Source: Candidatus Bathyarchaeia archaeon (lineage in GTDB: Archaea; Thermoproteota; Bathyarchaeia; Bathyarchaeales; Bathycorpusculaceae). Taken from it: DNA of 64,000 bases. A model generated the notes under the pieces. It saw nothing but the letters and a program-made list of their open reading frames with translations. It searched no databases and had not been told where the DNA came from. The stretch is taken from contig JBEKBM010000009.1 in NCBI GenBank assembly GCA_050015395.1, positions 32,978-96,977 on the forward strand, in the 5' to 3' direction. Positions 59,725 through 64,000 of the stretch are shown in pieces (the first letter of the stretch is position 1; each line of letters begins with the position of its first letter). The translations under genes and the position numbers were made by a program.

Positions 59725-60733
59725 AATGCTCCCAGCCGCGGGCTTCGATAACACGTTTCTTGCCGTCAACGTCCAGAAGCATCTGCGTATCCTTTGTGAC
59801 TTTTCCAATAGGCAAAATGCATCCGCCGACCGCTTCAACCGCGGCTTCGGCATCAGCCCACGCTTTAGGCTTAATTGTTACCACAAGCTCGTATTCTTCT
59901 CCGCCGTAAAGCGCCAGCTCTAAAGGGTCAAGATGGTTAAACTCGGCAAATCGTCTAACTTCGTCGGCAACGGGGACACTGTTAACTAGGAAGCCAACGC
60001 CACTCATTTTCCCTATTTCATGCAGGCTCCAAGCTAAACCGTCACTGGAATCAATGGAAGCCGACACTGCGCCTGAGCGGCTGAGTGCTAAGCCTTCCTT
60101 TAGCCTAGCTTTAGGCATGCAAACTGCACCCGACAGCACGTTACGCAGGTCCGCTGAAGCTGAATAGTTATCCAAAAGCAAGCGTAAGCCAGCAGCGGAT
60201 TTGCCGAAGAAACCTGTAACAGCCAAGATATCGCCTGGCTTAGCTCCATTACGCAGCATTAGTGCTGCTTTTTCGGCTGTGCCGTAAAGCGAAACTGAAA
60301 TGATAAAGTCTGAGGCTTCACCTGTGTCGCCTCCAATAACGTAAGCGCCGTATTCTCGTGCTCCCGCATTGAGTCCACGGGCAATTTCTTCGATGTCTTT
60401 TCGCATAAGACCTCTGGGTAACCCGAGCGACACAAGAGCTGCCGTGGGCTGGACGCCTTTAGAAGCAAAATCGCTTACGTTCATAACTATCGCTTTGCGC
60501 GCGGCTTGCCACAGGCTCATGTTTGGAGGTACGTCGGTTTTACCTACAAGCATATCTGTTTTCAATACGGCGACTTGTTTTTCGTCCAAGTTAACAGCGG
60601 CAACGTCGTCTCCGAAGGGCACGGGTGAATTAGGCATGGTTTCAAGGTGGTGGGCGATGATTTCGATTATTTTTCGTTCACCTATGTCTGTGCTTGTTTT
60701 GTTCGGATAGCCGCCAGTTTTATCGTTACCCAT
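59708..60733 (-). CDS. thiL: Thiamine-monophosphate kinase
   Basis: GDDVA, NVSDFAS, GGDT, DSSDGL, GGEEYEL. Confidence 0.95.
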   Translation of the reverse strand: MGNDKTGGYPNKTSTDIGERKIIEIIAHHLETMPNSPVPFGDDVAAVNLDEKQVAVLKTDMLVGKTDVPPNMSLWQAARKAIVMNVSDFASKGVQPTAALVSLGLPRGLMRKDIEEIARGLNAGAREYGAYVIGGDTGEASDFIISVSLYGTAEKAALMLRNGAKPGDILAVTGFFGKSAAGLRLLLDNYSASADLRNVLSGAVCMPKARLKEGLALSRSGAVSASIDSSDGLAWSLHEIGKMSGVGFLVNSVPVADEVRRFAEFNHLDPLELALYGGEEYELVVTIKPKAWADAEAAVEAVGGCILPIGKVTKDTQMLLDVDGKKRVIEARGWEHFKSEI

Positions 60734-61162
60734 ACAGTCATCTCTCCGCTAAAACTACAGGTTAAAACATTAAGTTGCTTAAGCCTTTTAAAACTGACGC
60801 TTATGTGCAGTAGATCCGTAGGTGGATTAGCTTTTGTGTGTGCTCTCTCAGCTACCTCCTGGTAGGTCAAAACATATACGTTTTTCATATACGTTTGTAT
60901 ATACGTGGGGGTTAACGGTGGAGTGTGAGTGGTATGTGGGTATGGTTACTTTAGGCTTCTGCAAGTGAACACTCCCCTATGTCATTAGATGCTTTCAAGG
61001 AGCCTTGAACTGACTTGCAGACCTACTTTATGGAGCGGTTAGCTTGGCTTTCAGCCTTTGATTTGTGTGTGAAAGACAACTTTATGAGTGTATGCTTGAG
61101 GGGTTGTGTCGCTATTTACTTGGCAGGTTGATTGTAAATAGTAGATAGCGGGTGGATGCTTG

Positions 61163-61216
61163 CGCTGTGATGAGGCAAATCAGAAAGGGAGGGGCTAAAT
61201 TATTGATGCTGAAGTG
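61163..61216 (+). ncRNA. Candidate box C/D sRNA
   Basis: GTGATGA (61167) ... CTGA (61209), short terminal pairing, TATA-like motif about 25 nt upstream; internal boxes weak. Confidence 0.3.
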
Positions 61217-61268
61217 GACGGTCTTACTAACATTTAAAAACTTGGGTTTCACTGATTAGCAAATGGAT

Positions 61269-61345
61269 GCCCCGATGGCTCAGCCTGGTAGAGCGGCTGC
61301 CTCGTAAGCAGCAGGCCGCGGGATCAAAGCCCGCTCGAGGCTCCA
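61269..61345 (+). tRNA. tRNA-Thr(CGT), CCA encoded
   Basis: Cloverleaf with GCTGC CTCGTAA GCAGC; T73; T-loop ATCAAAG; C4-A69 mismatch. Confidence 0.9.
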
Positions 61346-61363
61346 ATCTTTTAATCAAGCAAG

Positions 61364-61768
61364 CTATATGTGTTCGACATCTTTTATGTGAATGGCGCAC
61401 TTGCATTTCTTAAGTAGATCTAGATCTTCAGTAACTAGTTTCATATTCTCCTTTTCGGCAAGGTATGCGTATGAGGCATCATAGAAAGTAAGGTTTGTCT
61501 CTATAGCGATTGCCAGGACGTTAACAATAGAGTCGATGATGATCTTACGCAATTCAGCTATGCTTTCTGTGAAAATTTCTGCTATCCGTTTCGGGTCGTC
61601 CAGTTCCTTTTTCTTGTTTTCTTTCCAAAGAATATTTCCAATTTCGTATTCTGTTAGAGATGAAACTGCGTATTCTTCAAAGTTGAAGGGATTTCCTGAA
61701 ATAAGCATCGGATACAATGCGGATGCATCTATGAGATATTTACATTTCGTGTCTTGTCTCTTTGACAT
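61364..61768 (-). CDS. vapC: VapC PIN-domain toxin
   Basis: YLIDASA, YEIGN, LTFYDASY, LVTED. Confidence 0.9.
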   Translation of the reverse strand: MSKRQDTKCKYLIDASALYPMLISGNPFNFEEYAVSSLTEYEIGNILWKENKKKELDDPKRIAEIFTESIAELRKIIIDSIVNVLAIAIETNLTFYDASYAYLAEKENMKLVTEDLDLLKKCKCAIHIKDVEHI

Positions 61769-61961
61769 CCTGTATCCACTCTTCCGCGCTGACATGCATT
61801 AGCTTTTGGAGTTCTTTTGCACGCTGCTGCGCTTTAGCTTTCTTCTCGGCTACGAGTTCCTCAAGAAGCCCTTCAACAGCGGCTTTCAAGTCGATTCCCA
61901 TCTTTTCAGCCTCGTCTTTGAGGCTTTTCTTGACTCTTATGGACAAAACCTCTGTTTCCAA
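61740..61961 (-). CDS. RHH/CcdA-like antitoxin
   Basis: VLSIRVKKSLKDEAEKMGID; overlaps vapC; TTG start with GGTGA RBS. Confidence 0.85.
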   Translation of the reverse strand: METEVLSIRVKKSLKDEAEKMGIDLKAAVEGLLEELVAEKKAKAQQRAKELQKLMHVSAEEWIQDVKETRHEM

Positions 61962-62227
61962 ACAACTCACCCCGTATACAATTACCAAAATATGTATACA
62001 AGGGATATAAGGTTACCGACCACAAATATGCTATTTAGTTAACTATCCTATGAAAAAAAAGGTAGCTTGCTTCTCAAAAGATTTGCCTGTAGGTGTGATC
62101 CTTGCATCGGCGGTAGCTTATTGGCTTTTGTTGTATTTGTGTTGTGCTGTTATGCGGTGGATGGTGTTTTGTGGAAACGTTTATTAAATATTGCTATACT
62201 CGATGTGTTAGTGTAATTAGGGAGGCG

Positions 62228-62566
62228 ATGGAAGTGCAGCTTTTCCACGGGCACGACGAAAAACTTAAATGCCCCTACAAGGGATGCGAAAAACAATTTG
62301 ACAAGCCGACCGTCATAACAGACACATCCATGATTCCCAGACAAACGCATTACGCTTGCCCCTACTGCATGTCCAAACTCGACATAGTAACTGAAAACAC
62401 CAAAATAATAAGCATCAAACCAACCGAATACCCCATGGTCTTCGATTCACCCGCTAAATGCGCTCACTTCAGCGGACTCCTACATGCACCGGGAGAAAGC
62501 ATGCTTACACAGGACGAATGCTTAATCTGCCCCAAAGTCCTCCAATGCGACAAACGCAAAAAATAG
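62228..62566 (+). CDS. Cys-rich zinc-binding protein
   Basis: CPYKGC, CPYC, CAH, ECLICPKVLQC; GGAGG RBS. Confidence 0.75.
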   Translation: MEVQLFHGHDEKLKCPYKGCEKQFDKPTVITDTSMIPRQTHYACPYCMSKLDIVTENTKIISIKPTEYPMVFDSPAKCAHFSGLLHAPGESMLTQDECLICPKVLQCDKRKK

Positions 62567-63202
62567 ACGCGCTTCAGCTTGTTGCTAATTCGATTGGTTT
62601 GTGTTAATTTCTGCTATCTTGCTATCATGGCGACGGGTCTGGTTTTTTCGGGTCTGTTCAGTCTTAAAGCTATCACTGCCGTCAGAAGCATGGCGATCAT
62701 GCAGAGCAGCGCATGTATTGCGAGCGGGAATCCCCATTCAGCCGTGGGAGTGTCAAAACTGGCATTATGATTTTGCCCAAACCAACCAAACTGCTTCTAA
62801 ACTGCAGGTAGCCAAACACTGCCGTTGAGCAAGCTTACAACGCTGTTTTGTGGAATTTGAGGTTTCTACGCCTTGAGACTGAACTGATTGTTAGCCTGGC
62901 ATGTTGCCTGATTATTCTGCGGGTGGAAAAATGGAAGCAAATATCATATTATGCAGGTGTATATAATACACGGGTTTTGCAAAAAGTTGTTGTTACGTTT
63001 TTACCGCTTAACCTGAAATTCCCTTCTTGGCTGACTTTCCATTTTTGAAACAGTTTTCGTGACAAAATTTTGAATATTGTTTAAAAAATTTGCCGTGATA
63101 ATAATAACATGAGCTCAACAAAACTGACCTCATAAAAGAAATAATCAGTAACGATGCCGAAGGTGCCCAAATCGGAAACAAACATGAAAGGATGAAAAAA
63201 AC

Positions 63203-64000
63203 ATGAAAAATCTACAAATCCTAATAATTGTATTTTTCATTTCGTTAGCAATTTTCGCGTTAACTAACATCCAAGTTCATGCCGACGGCGTGACCCAGCC
63301 AATCAAGGTGACCATGAGCGATTCAGCTCCGTCTGCCACAGTTACCATAACTGACCTCACCAACCCCGGTGCTCCTTCACCCAGCACTTTCTCATCGGAT
63401 GGAAGTGTGTATTTGATCAACGGCATGAGCAGCGGAGATTCCTTTACTTTGTCTTTCTCTAACGACGCTGGCAGTACTCAAGACGGCTTTAGCGTGTCAA
63501 GCGTCTTCTCATCAACTTCAATCACGTACTCGGTTTCAGGTAGCGAACTCGATGTGACGGCGTATGAGCAGGTGTCGAATAATTTCACTGTGACTGGGCT
63601 TTCAGGCGCTGATTCTGTTACTTTGGCAGGCACTTACTTGGGTGTTGATTCATCGCCTATTGTGATTCTTAATACTGCTAATGATTGGAACGCTTCTGCT
63701 TGGAGTGATTATGGTTATGCGGTTACTTTCCCAGCTTCCTCAGCATCTAGTACTGGAACTGAGCGTTGGTCTATTGGAAGTGAGTACTCTACGGGGGCTT
63801 TGACTGCTGGCGGAGGCTCTTATTCAGAGGCGTATGTTCACCAGTTCTATTTGACGGTGACTTCTGCTCATGGCAGCCCAACTGAGAGTTCTCAGTGGGT
63901 TACAGCTGGCACCGACTTCACCGTCTCAGTGACGGCTCCAGACATAGTTACCTCTGGCTCTGAGCAATGGAACTTAACTGGCCTGATAGTTGACAGCTCA
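63203..64000 (+). CDS. Secreted Ser/Thr-rich cell-surface protein (runs off window)
   Basis: MKNLQILIIVFFISLAIFALTNIQVHA signal peptide; open frame to the window end, QFYLTVTS repeat-like motif. Confidence 0.8.
   Translation, partial: MKNLQILIIVFFISLAIFALTNIQVHADGVTQPIKVTMSDSAPSATVTITDLTNPGAPSPSTFSSDGSVYLINGMSSGDSFTLSFSNDAGSTQDGFSVSSVFSSTSITYSVSGSELDVTAYEQVSNNFTVTGLSGADSVTLAGTYLGVDSSPIVILNTANDWNASAWSDYGYAVTFPASSASSTGTERWSIGSEYSTGALTAGGGSYSEAYVHQFYLTVTSAHGSPTESSQWVTAGTDFTVSVTAPDIVTSGSEQWNLTGLIVDSS

Noticed and set aside
876-62350. Numerous antisense or nested ORFs in the track (e.g. 2811-3266, 26076-26681, 36832-37383)
   Set aside because: Shadows of well-supported genes on the opposite strand or in another frame
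62579-62830. Short ORFs between the zinc protein and the surface protein
   Set aside because: No motifs; at most a hydrophobic gene fragment with an internal stop on the minus strand
1-64000. CRISPR array, rRNA genes, intact transposase or integrase
   Set aside because: No regularly spaced repeats, rRNA signatures or full-length recombinase ORFs seen

Overview
Archaeal chromosomal window, most consistent with Bathyarchaeia (inferred from gene content and protein style, not from a search). The backbone is housekeeping: SMC-ScpA-ScpB, rps8e, SRP19, gltX, the eno-rps2-MEMO1-mvk superoperon carrying the archaeal modified mevalonate pathway, aIF5B, Topo VI, ABCE1, Cgi121, TrmY, ThiL and tRNA-Thr. 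It is interrupted by many small accessory or decaying segments. The most notable items: (1) an intact-looking tRNA gene with alanine identity elements (G3:U70, A73) but an AUC (Asp-reading) anticodon, next to a duplicated D-arm and a 22-aa hyper-acidic Trp-repeat micro-ORF; (2) a ~1-kb transposase-free cassette bounded by 57-bp bipartite inverted repeats and carrying a glycosyltransferase; (3) a GC-rich PgsA-like/CarS/CTP-dependent lipid kinase operon that could be a lipid salvage route; (4) a PolB2 operon whose 3' end is duplicated around an inserted AAA-DUF4143 gene; (5) a fluoride riboswitch with an RBS-sequestering hairpin; (6) a pilin-Roadblock cluster; (7) several broken toxin-antitoxin modules. 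No CRISPR array or rRNA was seen. All family assignments come from motif recognition by eye.
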